The notes below the pieces were generated by a model, which was not told where the DNA came from, ran no database searches, and saw nothing but the letters and a program-made list of their open reading frames with translations. Both the position numbers and the translations under genes were made by a program. This document shows positions 21,415-31,544 of a stretch of 64,000 nt of DNA, one piece after another. The stretch's first letter is position 1, and the number at the start of each line of letters is the position of its first letter. The DNA comes from Patescibacteria group bacterium (GTDB taxonomy: Bacteria; Patescibacteriota; Kazan-3B-28): the NCBI GenBank assembly GCA_041389145.1, contig JAWKSK010000002.1:3311-67310 (forward strand), written 5' to 3'.

Positions 21415-22164
21415 ATGGCAGAAATCAAAACTACAGGAATTGTTATCAAAAAGACAGATCTGGGAGAAGCGGATAGATTATTAACTGTCCTATCTTCAGA
21501 TTTAGGTAAGGTGAAGGTAGTGGGTAAAGGGATTAGAAGACCCAAAGCAAAGCTGTCTGCTTGGTTAGATATGTTTAGATACAATCATCTAACCCTGGCT
21601 AAGGGTAAGACATTTTATATTGCTACAGGCGCTCAGACCGAGGAGCTGCTACTCAAGGAAGGAATGGATTGGGATCGCTTAGCGGTTGGTTATTACCTGT
21701 GTGAATTGCTGGATAAGAACGTAGAGGAACATCAGGAGCTTCCGGGCTTATTTGAATTGTTAAGAGAATCACTAATGGATTTAGGTCAAGGAGAGGTATC
21801 TGAGCTGCTGATTAGAGCGAGCTTTGAATTAAAGTTTTTAGAATTGTTAGGGGTTAGTCCAGAACTTGAAAGGTGTGTGGTGACTGAAGCGGAGCTGAAT
21901 GTAGAACAGCAATACTTCTTTAGTATGCGAATGGGTGGAGTGGTAAGCCAGGAGGGTATACACCGGGATGATTTCGCCAGACAGGTGGGTGTGAATGAAA
22001 TAAAGATGATGCGAGTGTTGCGTCAGTATCCAGTTACAGCAGTGGCCAAGATTAAGGTAGAGAGTGAGGTAATAGAAAAAACAGCCCTATGTATATCGGA
22101 CTTTGTGGCACACGTTCTAGAGGCAAGAACTAAATCAATGAAGGTTAGCGAAGCAATAGCTTAG
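21415..22164 (+). CDS. recO: DNA repair protein RecO
   Basis: N-terminal OB-fold signature GIVIKKTDLGEADRLLTVLS...G; about 250 aa. Confidence 0.7.
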   Translation: MAEIKTTGIVIKKTDLGEADRLLTVLSSDLGKVKVVGKGIRRPKAKLSAWLDMFRYNHLTLAKGKTFYIATGAQTEELLLKEGMDWDRLAVGYYLCELLDKNVEEHQELPGLFELLRESLMDLGQGEVSELLIRASFELKFLELLGVSPELERCVVTEAELNVEQQYFFSMRMGGVVSQEGIHRDDFARQVGVNEIKMMRVLRQYPVTAVAKIKVESEVIEKTALCISDFVAHVLEARTKSMKVSEAIA

Positions 22165-23081
22165 CGTTTACGACGGCCATGAAAAGCCGTGTGGACTTCT
22201 TTGAGTTGCTTGTTGGTGATATGGGTGTAGACCTGGGTAGTGGTTATCGAGGAGTGTCCCAGGAGGGACTGTACCGATCTAATATCGGCTCCATTAATGA
22301 GCAAGTCGGTAGCATATGAGTGTCTAAGTGTGTGAGGGGTAACCTGTTTTACAATGCCTGCCAGAGTGGCATATTTTTGAATAATACGCTGAACGGTTCG
22401 AGGTGTAATTGGCTTATATGTTTCTGTGGTTCCGTGGGAGATGAATACGTGTTCATTGTCATCTCTGCGTTTATTTAGATAGTTGGCCAAATGGAGTTTG
22501 GCATCATTGGAAAGGAAGACAATTCTAGGTTTTTGACCCTTACCTCTAACAGAAAACTCACCTCGTTTGAGATTGATTTTTTCTTTGGTGAGATTAACTA
22601 GTTCAGATACACGCAGGCCAGTTGAATAGAGGGTGTGAAGGATTGCGGTATCACGGAGGTCTTGGAGGGTGTTGGTTTGGGGTACGGCATTGAATAAATC
22701 ATGAACCTCATTGGCTTCAAGGTAATCGACAATGCGTTGGGGAGTTTTAGCTAGTTCGACTTTCTCAGGAGCTAGGCTCTTGATATCATCCTTAGCTAGG
22801 AATTTTAAGAATGCACGGAGAGCGATGATATGGTAGTTCTGAGTAACTGGTTTTAACTCATTGCCATGTTCGTCGACATAGCGGTTTAAGAATTTGCGAT
22901 ACTTATGAACAAGTGGGAGATCGATTTGGATAGGGGTGAGGCCAGAGTGTCCTTCTTCAATTGCAAATTCTAAAAAGCGACTTAGGTAATGGTTGTAGTT
23001 CTCTAAGGTTTTATTACTCCGGTTACGTTCAATCTCAAGATAATCTAGGAAATCTTGGATGTGGGTTTTTACGGTTGCCAT
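22161..23081 (-). CDS. Tyrosine site-specific recombinase, XerC/XerD family
   Basis: Catalytic signature R...HTLRHSYATDLLINGADIRSVQSLLGHSSITTTQVYTH; about 300 aa. XerC and XerD are indistinguishable by eye. Confidence 0.85.
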   Translation of the reverse strand: MATVKTHIQDFLDYLEIERNRSNKTLENYNHYLSRFLEFAIEEGHSGLTPIQIDLPLVHKYRKFLNRYVDEHGNELKPVTQNYHIIALRAFLKFLAKDDIKSLAPEKVELAKTPQRIVDYLEANEVHDLFNAVPQTNTLQDLRDTAILHTLYSTGLRVSELVNLTKEKINLKRGEFSVRGKGQKPRIVFLSNDAKLHLANYLNKRRDDNEHVFISHGTTETYKPITPRTVQRIIQKYATLAGIVKQVTPHTLRHSYATDLLINGADIRSVQSLLGHSSITTTQVYTHITNKQLKEVHTAFHGRRKR

Positions 23082-23398
23082 ACATTAATTGTGCGACAAG
23101 TTGGGTTGGAATGCAAAAAGAAATGGCCTCCCCGTGGGAAGGCCGTGATAATACTGTGATACAGATCTGTTAAGGTCTGTGTGGCGGAGTGCGTTGAGGC
23201 AGGGATAAATAAAAGGGTGGATTCATTGGCGCTCCTTGTGTATCTGTAATGTGCGATTGCCGATTAAGGCAATGATGTTGGAGGGTGAACAACGACTAAC
23301 CCGGTCGTTTAAGGGTAGATTGGAACACCTCCTTAGTGATCATGCACCGAATGGATTGTTGAAAGGTGCGTGATATTTTTATTTAAACAGAAACTAAT

Positions 23399-24559
23399 TT
23401 ATTTAGGAAGGTAGTTGAGTGGATTAAGTGGTTTGTCGTTGAACCGGATCTCAAAGTGAAGGTGAGGTCCGGTAGAGCGACCGGTGGAACCCATAATACC
23501 AATGAGCTGTCCTTGTTGGACGTATTCACCGTTTTTAATTTTGAATTCGCTTAAGTGAGCATAACGGGTAACCCAGCCACCTCCATGGTTGATGTCGATA
23601 TGGTTACCATATCCATAACGGCCTGGGATGACAGTTGCTACACCAGAAGCAGAGGCATAGATACCCCAACCGTTGAGACGGTTTAAGTCTAGAGCTTGGT
23701 GGTAGCTCTTGTAGCCTTGGGAAATGAAGTGGGTAGCAGACTGAAGTGGCCAAATGAACTGACCCTGCCCGTCTGCAATGATGGAACTGGCCACTCCACT
23801 AGGAGTGATGGTTGCAGAACTACCAGTGCTGGTTTGGTTTGCGGTTGGAGCTTTTGGAGCAACCACACCGGGGATTAAGATTTCTTGTCCGGCAAAAATG
23901 GGCTGGCTGGTATCTAGGTTGTTGAATCTGGATATTTCATCAACATCCACTTTATATTTCCTAGAAATTGAGCTTAAAGTGTCGTTTCTGGCAACCGAAA
24001 CGTAGATACCATCAATTGGTGGAATCTTTAATTGTTGGCCAACGGTTAAGTTGTTACTGGAAAGCTTGTTGGCATATTTAAGTGTATCTGGGGAAATACC
24101 AAAATCTCTGGCAACAGATGCTACAGACTCACCAGCTCTGACATCGTAAACAATAGTAGTGGTACGGTTGTTGCGAGTGATGATGGTTTCGGTAGCACCA
24201 GTTTTAAAGATAAAGTCACTGTTTTCACCGACTGTCACAATAACTTCGTCATAGAGTGCTGATTCGTGGAAATAGTTTGCTGATGCAAGTTCAATCACAG
24301 TTCTAGATCTTGCAGGAGAGGATGGGGAAGAGAAGGTTTGTTCTGGAGTTACTCCTGAGATGATGACGATTAAGGCAAGTACGGCGATGCCCCAGTGGCC
24401 AGTAAAGGCGTTTAAGGAACGACCAAAATGCTTTTTGGAGATCAGTTTTTTATACTTGCCGAAATAACCACCGGTGTTGAATCCGAGGCGTTTAAGAGAA
24501 CGTTTGCGAGTAAGTTTGACTGGCTCTTCTACAACTTCTGGTTGCTTCTTAGGGGCCAC
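23399..24559 (-). CDS. M23 family metallopeptidase with two LysM domains
   Basis: N-terminal TM anchor; LysM-like repeats (YDVRAGESVASVARDFGIS..., YVSVARNDTLSSISRKYKV...); M23 motifs HIDINHGGGWVTRYAHL and GSTGRSTGPHLHFEI. Confidence 0.85.
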   Translation of the reverse strand: MAPKKQPEVVEEPVKLTRKRSLKRLGFNTGGYFGKYKKLISKKHFGRSLNAFTGHWGIAVLALIVIISGVTPEQTFSSPSSPARSRTVIELASANYFHESALYDEVIVTVGENSDFIFKTGATETIITRNNRTTTIVYDVRAGESVASVARDFGISPDTLKYANKLSSNNLTVGQQLKIPPIDGIYVSVARNDTLSSISRKYKVDVDEISRFNNLDTSQPIFAGQEILIPGVVAPKAPTANQTSTGSSATITPSGVASSIIADGQGQFIWPLQSATHFISQGYKSYHQALDLNRLNGWGIYASASGVATVIPGRYGYGNHIDINHGGGWVTRYAHLSEFKIKNGEYVQQGQLIGIMGSTGRSTGPHLHFEIRFNDKPLNPLNYLPK

Positions 24560-24703
24560 CTTTTTGGGCTGTTTCTTTGCTGCTAACTTGTCGCTTAATC
24601 TGGGTTTTTTCGGTTTACTAATTGCTAATGAATTAGTGGATATAAATGTTACCTGGGTAACAGATGCATTATACTATGCCACAAATAAGGATAATGTCAA
24701 TCG

Positions 24704-25702
24704 TTAGTTATGGTCGACAACAGTGATCTGAATGGCACCGTCAAAGCGGGTAACGGCATTGGCGGCATCTATTAAAAGTAGGTTGGCGCTATAGCTTCCT
24801 GGGTTGAGTGGGGCTGGTAAGGTTTTGCTATAGATACTGGAGCCGTTGAAGTCTGTAAGCTGATAGGTGGTGTTTTCAAATTCAATTTGAACCTGCTCCG
24901 TATTTAAGGAAACTGGAATAAAGATACCAAAGCTCTGATTGGCAACAACTGGGGTTGGAGAAACTCTAATGTTATTGCGGTCATAGGTTAAGGGTTCTGT
25001 TTTAATGCTTATGGTAACGGAATTACTATTAGGGCTTCCAATGTCTAAATCATTAATGGCAACTGCGGTCAGGGTTTGTTCACCATCGGTAAGAGCTCGT
25101 TCTAAGCGAACTTTGTATGCACCTTTTGAGTCAGTGGTGGTTGAGGTGTTTGGTTGGCCATTATTGGAGATAATAATTCTGGTATTGGCAGGTCCGGTTC
25201 CAATGATTTCAGGTTTTAGGATGTTGGTGGAAGTGCCAGCAGTTGGGCTCAAGATTTGGGGAGCAGCAGGAGCGGTTGGATCATGAAGTTCGAGGTATAG
25301 TTTTTCGGTAATGGTGCTGGCCTTAAAAGTAATTTCAACAGAACCAGGAGTGGTGCCTGAGGTGTAGATAAAGATAGCTGCAGATTCAACCTGGTTTTGC
25401 TTTTGAATGGTTCCAGATCCGCTGGTGATTTCTGCAGTAATGTCACCGATTGTTTTTGGATACTGTGCGGTAATCTTGGTTTGGCTGGTTCCGTTGGCGG
25501 CTAATCTGGTCTTATCTGTTTTGATTACCAGATTGGTTTCAGTAAGGGTGTTGAGCCCTTCGTTTATTTTATCAGTGACATTAGTCCAGTTGGTGCCACC
25601 AGTAAGGGCCCAAACACCGCTGGCTACAAGGATGAGTAGCGCCAGCGAAAGACTGACGATAAAGATTTTACTTTGTGGTTTTGTTGCTTTAGTGCGTTTC
25701 AT
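24704..25702 (-). CDS. Secreted/cell-surface protein with Ig-like beta-rich domains
   Basis: Signal anchor LSLALLILVASGVWA; Thr/Ser/Gly-rich beta-strand repeats; no enzymatic motif. Confidence 0.45.
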   Translation of the reverse strand: MKRTKATKPQSKIFIVSLSLALLILVASGVWALTGGTNWTNVTDKINEGLNTLTETNLVIKTDKTRLAANGTSQTKITAQYPKTIGDITAEITSGSGTIQKQNQVESAAIFIYTSGTTPGSVEITFKASTITEKLYLELHDPTAPAAPQILSPTAGTSTNILKPEIIGTGPANTRIIISNNGQPNTSTTTDSKGAYKVRLERALTDGEQTLTAVAINDLDIGSPNSNSVTISIKTEPLTYDRNNIRVSPTPVVANQSFGIFIPVSLNTEQVQIEFENTTYQLTDFNGSSIYSKTLPAPLNPGSYSANLLLIDAANAVTRFDGAIQITVVDHN

Positions 25703-25807
25703 GAGTGCTTATATATTGTAGGCTGGAATGTCGTGGTCTGGCAATTTAGTAGCAGAATGCTATATTATGGTGGCATAAGTCATAACTGTTTTTGGTTTAA
25801 ATACAAC

Positions 25808-27223
25808 ATGGTAAGAAGGAAAAACGAAAGCGAACCAGCTCCTAAAAAGAGCCCAATGAAATCAACCGCAAAGAAGATCCGGAAGGAGGTTTCGGTTGAT
25901 GAACCGATGCAGGCAGCAATGCCAAAAATGAAGAAAGCAAGAAAAGGAGGCGGTAGATTGGCGGTTGCGCTAATTATGGTTGCTGTGTTGTTAGGGGTGG
26001 GTTGGTTTGCAACCCAATGGTTATTAACTGGCACCAATGGAAACGTGCTTGCCGGATTATTTAACAATCAAACCAAATTAATTGGTGAGGAAGAGGGAAG
26101 AGTTAACTTTATGTTGCTCGGTAACCCAGGCCAAGAAGATTATGATGGCACCAGGTTAACGGACACCATTATGGTGGCAAGTTATGATGTGGAAAACGAT
26201 TCTTTGAATCTATTCTCAGTTCCACGTGATTTATATGTACCAGTTCCAACTGGTGGTTTTGCTAAAGCAAATGCAGTATATGAGATTGGAGAAGATAAGA
26301 ATAACGACGGAGCAGGTGCAGTAAGAGATATGTTAGAGGAGATTTTAGAGATAAAAATTCCTTACTACATGCGTATTGATTTTGATGGCTTCACCAAGGT
26401 GATAGATGAGTTGGGTGGGGTTACTGTAAATGTTGAAAAGGCATTGAGCGATCCGTTCTATCCAGGTCCAAACTTTGGTTATCAGTTAGTTGAATTCAGC
26501 CAAGGAACATACACCATGGATGGTGAAACTGCTCTGAAATATGCAAGGTCACGTCAAACTACATCTGATTTTGATCGGGCTAGAAGACAACAGCAAATTA
26601 TCTTGGCTCTAAGAGATAAGGCAATGGATTTGGAATTGTTAACTGCTCCAACCAAAGCATTTGAAATCTTAGATGTCTTGAGCAACCACTTTGCTACTAA
26701 CTTAAATCGTTCTGAGTTTGAAAGACTGATGAGGTTGGTTGTTGATTTTGATTCAAATAATGTTGTGAGTAAGGTGTTTGATGATAGTCCTGCAGGATTG
26801 TTGTATGGAACTCGGGTGGATAATATCTATGTCTTAAAGCCGGTAAACGATGATTACACAAAGCTTGCTGATTTCGTAAACAATGCGCTAACCAAACCAG
26901 CAGACGACAATACTTTACCTGAAGTAGTTGAAGAACCGCTCAAGATTGAAGTCATGAATGGTACCAATGTTACCGGGCTAGCTGGCAAGGTGGCTGATAA
27001 GTTATCTGGATTTGACTTTGACATCGTTAGAGTTGCAAACAATGCAACAAGGGGATTCGAAAATCCAGTTATCTACGACAACACAGATGGTAAGAAGTTT
27101 TCTAGCCTTAAGCGGTTAGCAGAAATTCTGGGAGCAACGATTAGCACTGAGAAAATTACCCTTCCTGCTAATGTAGAGGCTCGGGTAGTGGTAGGTTCAA
27201 GTTCAGAAGGATTTGCTAACTAG
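25808..27223 (+). CDS. LytR-CpsA-Psr (LCP) family cell-wall glycopolymer transferase
   Basis: Start trimmed to MVRRKNESEP. Basic cytoplasmic tail, single TM, LCP core (NFMLLGNPGQEDYDGTRLTDTIMVASYD...SVPRDLYV...RSRQ), C-terminal LytR_C-like domain. Confidence 0.8.
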   Translation: MVRRKNESEPAPKKSPMKSTAKKIRKEVSVDEPMQAAMPKMKKARKGGGRLAVALIMVAVLLGVGWFATQWLLTGTNGNVLAGLFNNQTKLIGEEEGRVNFMLLGNPGQEDYDGTRLTDTIMVASYDVENDSLNLFSVPRDLYVPVPTGGFAKANAVYEIGEDKNNDGAGAVRDMLEEILEIKIPYYMRIDFDGFTKVIDELGGVTVNVEKALSDPFYPGPNFGYQLVEFSQGTYTMDGETALKYARSRQTTSDFDRARRQQQIILALRDKAMDLELLTAPTKAFEILDVLSNHFATNLNRSEFERLMRLVVDFDSNNVVSKVFDDSPAGLLYGTRVDNIYVLKPVNDDYTKLADFVNNALTKPADDNTLPEVVEEPLKIEVMNGTNVTGLAGKVADKLSGFDFDIVRVANNATRGFENPVIYDNTDGKKFSSLKRLAEILGATISTEKITLPANVEARVVVGSSSEGFAN

Positions 27224-27229
27224 TACGTT

Positions 27230-28024
27230 ATGCCAAATTTAAAGAGAGTAGCCCGTTGGTTATGGGGCAATCGCAAGGCCTTGATTAGTTCAGGTCTTGC
27301 TTTGGCAATACTGTGGACTATTTTCTTCAATACTTCTTGGCTGGGCTGGGGACTGATTGGGCTTGGAGTGGTGCTATTCGTGGCAGTGTGGTGGGCTACC
27401 AATTTCTCATTCAAAGAGAAAAGCTTTTGGTTATTAGTGGCACACATGTTTTGGATCTCTGGTGGGGTTATTGGTTTTGTACTGTTTAATATTGTGGTTC
27501 TGTGGCACTTCTATCTAATTGCGGGTTTGGTTGCAGTTTTGTGGTGGTGGCTACTGATGATGTATGAATCATTTGCTGCCAGTGGAACTTGGCCAGTGAG
27601 AGTAAGGCCGGTATTGGACTTCTTTGATCTAGTGGCATATTTCTTTATTGGATCTACTTTATTGTTAGCTGCAGATTTCTATGGGTTAACTGCTGGATGG
27701 TTGGTTGTTGCAGTGGCGCTCCAGACAGTTCTGGCATTGTATCTGAGGTTCTGGAGAGAAGAGATTAAGGGTCTTAGAAGATGGTTGTATGTGGTATTAA
27801 TAACCTTGCTTACTCAGGAAGTAATGTGGGTGATTAGCTTCTGGCATAGAGGGGTTTATTTAAAGTCCTTTATGCTCGCAATTTTGTTTTATCTGATGGT
27901 TGAATCTGTGGTTCACTATGCCCAGAATAAGTTGACGGTGCGAGTTGCGCTGGAGTACATTGGTCTTGTTGTGGCAGCACTCGTGGGAGTGCTAATTGTC
28001 GACGGATTTCTAGTATTAAGGTAA
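27230..28024 (+). CDS. Hypothetical polytopic membrane protein
   Basis: 264 aa, about 8 TM helices, Trp-rich. Confidence 0.4.
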   Translation: MPNLKRVARWLWGNRKALISSGLALAILWTIFFNTSWLGWGLIGLGVVLFVAVWWATNFSFKEKSFWLLVAHMFWISGGVIGFVLFNIVVLWHFYLIAGLVAVLWWWLLMMYESFAASGTWPVRVRPVLDFFDLVAYFFIGSTLLLAADFYGLTAGWLVVAVALQTVLALYLRFWREEIKGLRRWLYVVLITLLTQEVMWVISFWHRGVYLKSFMLAILFYLMVESVVHYAQNKLTVRVALEYIGLVVAALVGVLIVDGFLVLR

Positions 28025-28030
28025 ACCAAG

Positions 28031-29131
28031 ATGGAAATTAAGAACGAATTACGAAAGTGGAGCGGCTTTATATTGTCAGGGGTAGTCGGTGCGTTGGTGA
28101 CTGCTATGATATTGGTTCCGCTAATTAATAATGCAATTAGAACTGGTAGTTTGCAGCCAATTGCGGTTGAAGAAGAATCTGCAACTATTGATGCCGTGAA
28201 TAAGATACTGCCCTCTACAGTGGCAATTATTAGTAGTCAGAACGTTAGAAGCGTATTTGGGGGAGTGTTCGAACAACGTGGCGGCGGTACTGGGTTTGTA
28301 ATCAGTGCAGATGGATTAATTGCAACCAACAGGCACGTGGTGGACTCTGAATCTGCTTCATATTCGGTGGTGACATCTGACGGTAAGTCATATGATGCAG
28401 AGGTGGTTGCCAGAGATGCTTTGGCAGATTTGGCAGTAATTAAAATAGACGCTATCGGACTTCAAGTAGCAGAGCTGGGTGATTCAGAAAATATTGTATT
28501 AGGTCAGAAGGTGATTGCAGTGGGCAATGCGTTAGGGGAATATCAGAACTCTGTAACTACCGGGGTGGTAAGTGGTATTGGTAGGGTAATTACGGCTGGT
28601 GATGGATCTGGTAGTAGTGAAAGGCTTGAAGGAGTGATTCAGACAGATGCAGCTATTAATCCAGGCAACTCAGGAGGACCGTTACTGAACCTTTCTGGTC
28701 AGGTGATTGGAATTAATACAGCAATAGATCAGCAGGGTCAGTCAGTGGGATTTGCAATCCCAATTAATAGTGTTAAATCTGCACTGAATTCCGTAATTGC
28801 AGATGGCGAGATTGTTAGACCAAGACTGGGGGTAAGATATCTGCAAATCACCAAAGAATTTGCTGAGCTTAACAAACTAGATATTACTGAAGGAGCCTTG
28901 GTAGCTCGGGGTGATACAGCCAGTGAAGTAGCCGTGATTCCAGGTGGACCTGCAGATATTGCTGGAATTGAAGAAGGAGATATTCTGGTATCGATTGATG
29001 ATGAAAAGATTACGGAAAAGAAAGGAATCCCTTCAATCTTACAGAACTACAAACCAGGTGATGTTATCGATATTGTTTTACTGAGGAATGGCAAAGAGCA
29101 GACAGTAAAGGTGACATTAGGTAAACTGTAG
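28031..29131 (+). CDS. HtrA/DegP-family serine protease with C-terminal PDZ domain
   Basis: Catalytic triad context (ATNRHVV; DLAVIK; GNSGGPLLN), PDZ-like C-terminus, N-terminal TM. Confidence 0.9.
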   Translation: MEIKNELRKWSGFILSGVVGALVTAMILVPLINNAIRTGSLQPIAVEEESATIDAVNKILPSTVAIISSQNVRSVFGGVFEQRGGGTGFVISADGLIATNRHVVDSESASYSVVTSDGKSYDAEVVARDALADLAVIKIDAIGLQVAELGDSENIVLGQKVIAVGNALGEYQNSVTTGVVSGIGRVITAGDGSGSSERLEGVIQTDAAINPGNSGGPLLNLSGQVIGINTAIDQQGQSVGFAIPINSVKSALNSVIADGEIVRPRLGVRYLQITKEFAELNKLDITEGALVARGDTASEVAVIPGGPADIAGIEEGDILVSIDDEKITEKKGIPSILQNYKPGDVIDIVLLRNGKEQTVKVTLGKL

Positions 29132-29133
29132 AT

Positions 29134-29349
29134 ATGGTAAAACTTGGTAGATATCGTCACTACAAAGGGGGAATCTATAACGTAATTGCTGTTGGGTTAT
29201 TGGAATCCAACCATGAACCAATGGTGGTTTATGTAAGCGAAGAGGAGTCCGGTGAGTTTCCGGCAGGTTCTACTTGGATTAGATCTGAGAAGGAGTTCAT
29301 GGCCACGATGGATGACGGGAGACCACGGTTCCAGTACTTACTAGCATAG
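29134..29349 (+). CDS. DUF1653-like small protein
   Basis: 71 aa; GRYRHYKGGIYNV matches the DUF1653 signature. Confidence 0.5.
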   Translation: MVKLGRYRHYKGGIYNVIAVGLLESNHEPMVVYVSEEESGEFPAGSTWIRSEKEFMATMDDGRPRFQYLLA

Positions 29350-29356
29350 ATATGAC

Positions 29357-29392
29357 AAAACCCGCCGGTAAAGGCGGGCTTTGTTTTTGTGT
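29357..29392. terminator. Bidirectional rho-independent terminator
   Basis: aaaa cccgcc ggtaaag gcggg ctttgtttttgt. Confidence 0.6.
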
Positions 29393-29405
29393 TCAAACAC
29401 AAACC

Positions 29406-30101
29406 TTACTTCTTGTGACCAAGGTCCTTGCGGACGTCGTCCAAGGCATCTGCTGCAGTCTTCTGACCACCAAGACCGAAGGCGAGACCTCCAGCCAAAG
29501 CGAACATGAAGAAGAGAGCAGTGAGGAAACGATCGATAATGATCGCAGCAATACCGAGCTGTTGCAATGCAACTGCAATGGTAAAGACGTAGATTGCCCA
29601 TTTGGTAACAGTAGCAAGAAGATTTGCACTGTGAATACGAGCTGCACCTACGGTTCCACGAACGATACCAGAGAAGAAGTGGGCTGCAAACAAACCAATT
29701 AACAAGATACCGATGGCTACAAACACGTTAGGAATGTAGGCAAGGATATTGTTTAAGAAGTCTGTAACTTTGGAAAGCTTGAGGACATCTGCTGCTGCCA
29801 AGAAGGCAATAAGCAAGATGGTCCAGCGAACCAACGCACCAACGAACTCTGATACTTCCATATCGAATCCAGATTTTTGGAAGATTGTCTTAGTTCCAAC
29901 TTTGTTTAGGGTTTGATCTAAGCGAATTTGCTTTAAGATTTGGGTTACCAAACGGTCAAGTCCGGCAGCAAAAATCCAACCAACCAACAAGATGACGATA
30001 GCGCCAACCAAGTTTGGTAGGAAGTATAAGAAACGTGCCCAGATGTCTTGCAGTGGGTTGAGGACTGCATCGCCCCATACGTTGAAGAGATTGTCTTGCA
30101 T
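29406..30101 (-). CDS. Membrane protein with repeated conserved TM-helix motifs (TM_helix-repeat / MscS-related small-channel-like)
   Basis: 231 aa; three internally similar segments each ending in a TM helix followed by a (Q/K)LG motif. Confidence 0.45.
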   Translation of the reverse strand: MQDNLFNVWGDAVLNPLQDIWARFLYFLPNLVGAIVILLVGWIFAAGLDRLVTQILKQIRLDQTLNKVGTKTIFQKSGFDMEVSEFVGALVRWTILLIAFLAAADVLKLSKVTDFLNNILAYIPNVFVAIGILLIGLFAAHFFSGIVRGTVGAARIHSANLLATVTKWAIYVFTIAVALQQLGIAAIIIDRFLTALFFMFALAGGLAFGLGGQKTAADALDDVRKDLGHKK

Positions 30102-30266
30102 CTCTAAATCCTTTGGTTATTAGTATTTCTAAGATAAAAACGTGATTACTTCGACCCCAATTAAAGGAACAAATATTACGACCTCATTATAGCAAAAACT
30201 GGCTTACTTATCATCTGGGGGTGGTTTTTTGATATGATATGAGGGATATGGGTAACTAATTTTGAT

Positions 30267-30725
30267 ATGAATAACAGAACATGGCTTTGGTTTGTAGTGG
30301 TTTTAGCGCTAGCAATGGCTAGTTACTTTATGTTTGGGTCTTTAGGTAAAGAACCGGTAGGTGACGATACTCAACAAGAGGTAGATACAAGTGAATCTCA
30401 GTCTACTGATTCAAGATTTATTAATTACACACCAGAAGCAGCAATGGCTGCCGCAGAAGAGGGTGATGCAGTATTATTCTTCCATGCTCCTTGGTGTCCA
30501 ACCTGCAGGGCATTAGAGGCAGATATTAACTCACATTTAGCTGACATTCCTGAGAATGTAACAATCTTAAAAACAGACTACGATACCTATCGGGCAATGG
30601 ATTTGGGTAAGAAGTTTGGAATTACCATTCAGCACACATTGGTTCAGGTTGATATTGATAATAATCAGATTAAGAAGTGGAGCGGAAGCCCAACATTAAG
30701 TAGTCTATTGGCTGAAATAGTTTAA
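30267..30725 (+). CDS. Membrane-anchored thioredoxin-fold protein
   Basis: N-terminal TM helix; active site WCPTC within FHAPWCPTCRAL. Confidence 0.7.
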   Translation: MNNRTWLWFVVVLALAMASYFMFGSLGKEPVGDDTQQEVDTSESQSTDSRFINYTPEAAMAAAEEGDAVLFFHAPWCPTCRALEADINSHLADIPENVTILKTDYDTYRAMDLGKKFGITIQHTLVQVDIDNNQIKKWSGSPTLSSLLAEIV

Positions 30726-31453
30726 TGGTATTACTGATTGTTTCCTTTTTGGCAGGGGTGCTAACCGTATTAGCACCTTGTACGTTGCCGGTGTTGCCGG
30801 TGATTTTTGCGAGTGCTGCTGGGTATGCTAACTGGCGAAAGACAATGGTGGTGATCCTATCACTTGCAGGATCGGTGTTGTTGTTTACATTATTGTTGAA
30901 AGCCAGCACCGTACTGATTGATATTCCGCCAACTTTCTGGCAGTGGTTTGCTGGCGTGATTTTGATAGTTATTGGGATTACTTATGTGTGGCCAAGCCTA
31001 TGGGCAAGGTTGGTTGGCGGAATCAATGGTGAGCAGGCAGCAAATAATCTACTAACCAAAGGATTTAGACAGGAAGGCTGGGCAGGCCCAGTATTAATGG
31101 GTGTGGCATTGGGTCCGGTATTTTCTAGTTGTAGTCCAACCTATGCAGTTATCTTGGCTACCGTATTGCCACAAAGCTGGGGATTGGGATTGGTTTATCT
31201 ACTAGCTTATATCTTCGGGTTTTCTTTATTATTGGTTCTGATTGCTTGGTTGGGACAAAGTTTGGTGTCCAAATTAACAGTGCTATCAGATCCAACAAAA
31301 TGGCCTAGAAAGGTGATTGGAATAGTATTGATTGTGCTTGGTTTGTCGATTGGTTTGGGATTAGAAAAAGACCTTGAGGCTAGTCTCATAGGCAATGGTA
31401 GTTTTGGGTTGTTGAACTTTGAGAATCAACTGCTTGAGTTGATTGATAACTAA
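30725..31453 (+). CDS. ccdA: CcdA/DsbD-family thiol-disulfide transporter
   Basis: Two conserved Cys in TM context (LAPCTLPVLP and SSCSPTY); about 6 TM helices; start overlaps the stop of the thioredoxin gene. Confidence 0.7.
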   Translation: MVLLIVSFLAGVLTVLAPCTLPVLPVIFASAAGYANWRKTMVVILSLAGSVLLFTLLLKASTVLIDIPPTFWQWFAGVILIVIGITYVWPSLWARLVGGINGEQAANNLLTKGFRQEGWAGPVLMGVALGPVFSSCSPTYAVILATVLPQSWGLGLVYLLAYIFGFSLLLVLIAWLGQSLVSKLTVLSDPTKWPRKVIGIVLIVLGLSIGLGLEKDLEASLIGNGSFGLLNFENQLLELIDN

Positions 31454-31454
31454 T

Positions 31455-31538
31455 TGGTGCTGGAGAGAGGACTCGAACCTCCACGCCTGACGGCACTGGT
31501 TCCTAAAACCAGCGTGTATACCATTTCACCACTCCAGC
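31455..31538 (-). tRNA. tRNA-Leu(TAG), class II with long variable arm
   Basis: GCTGGAGTGGTGAAATGGTATACACGCTGGTTTTAGGAACCAGTGCCGTCAGGCGTGGAGGTTCGAGTCCTCTCTCCAGCACCA. Confidence 0.85.
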
Positions 31539-31544
31539 TGGTAG

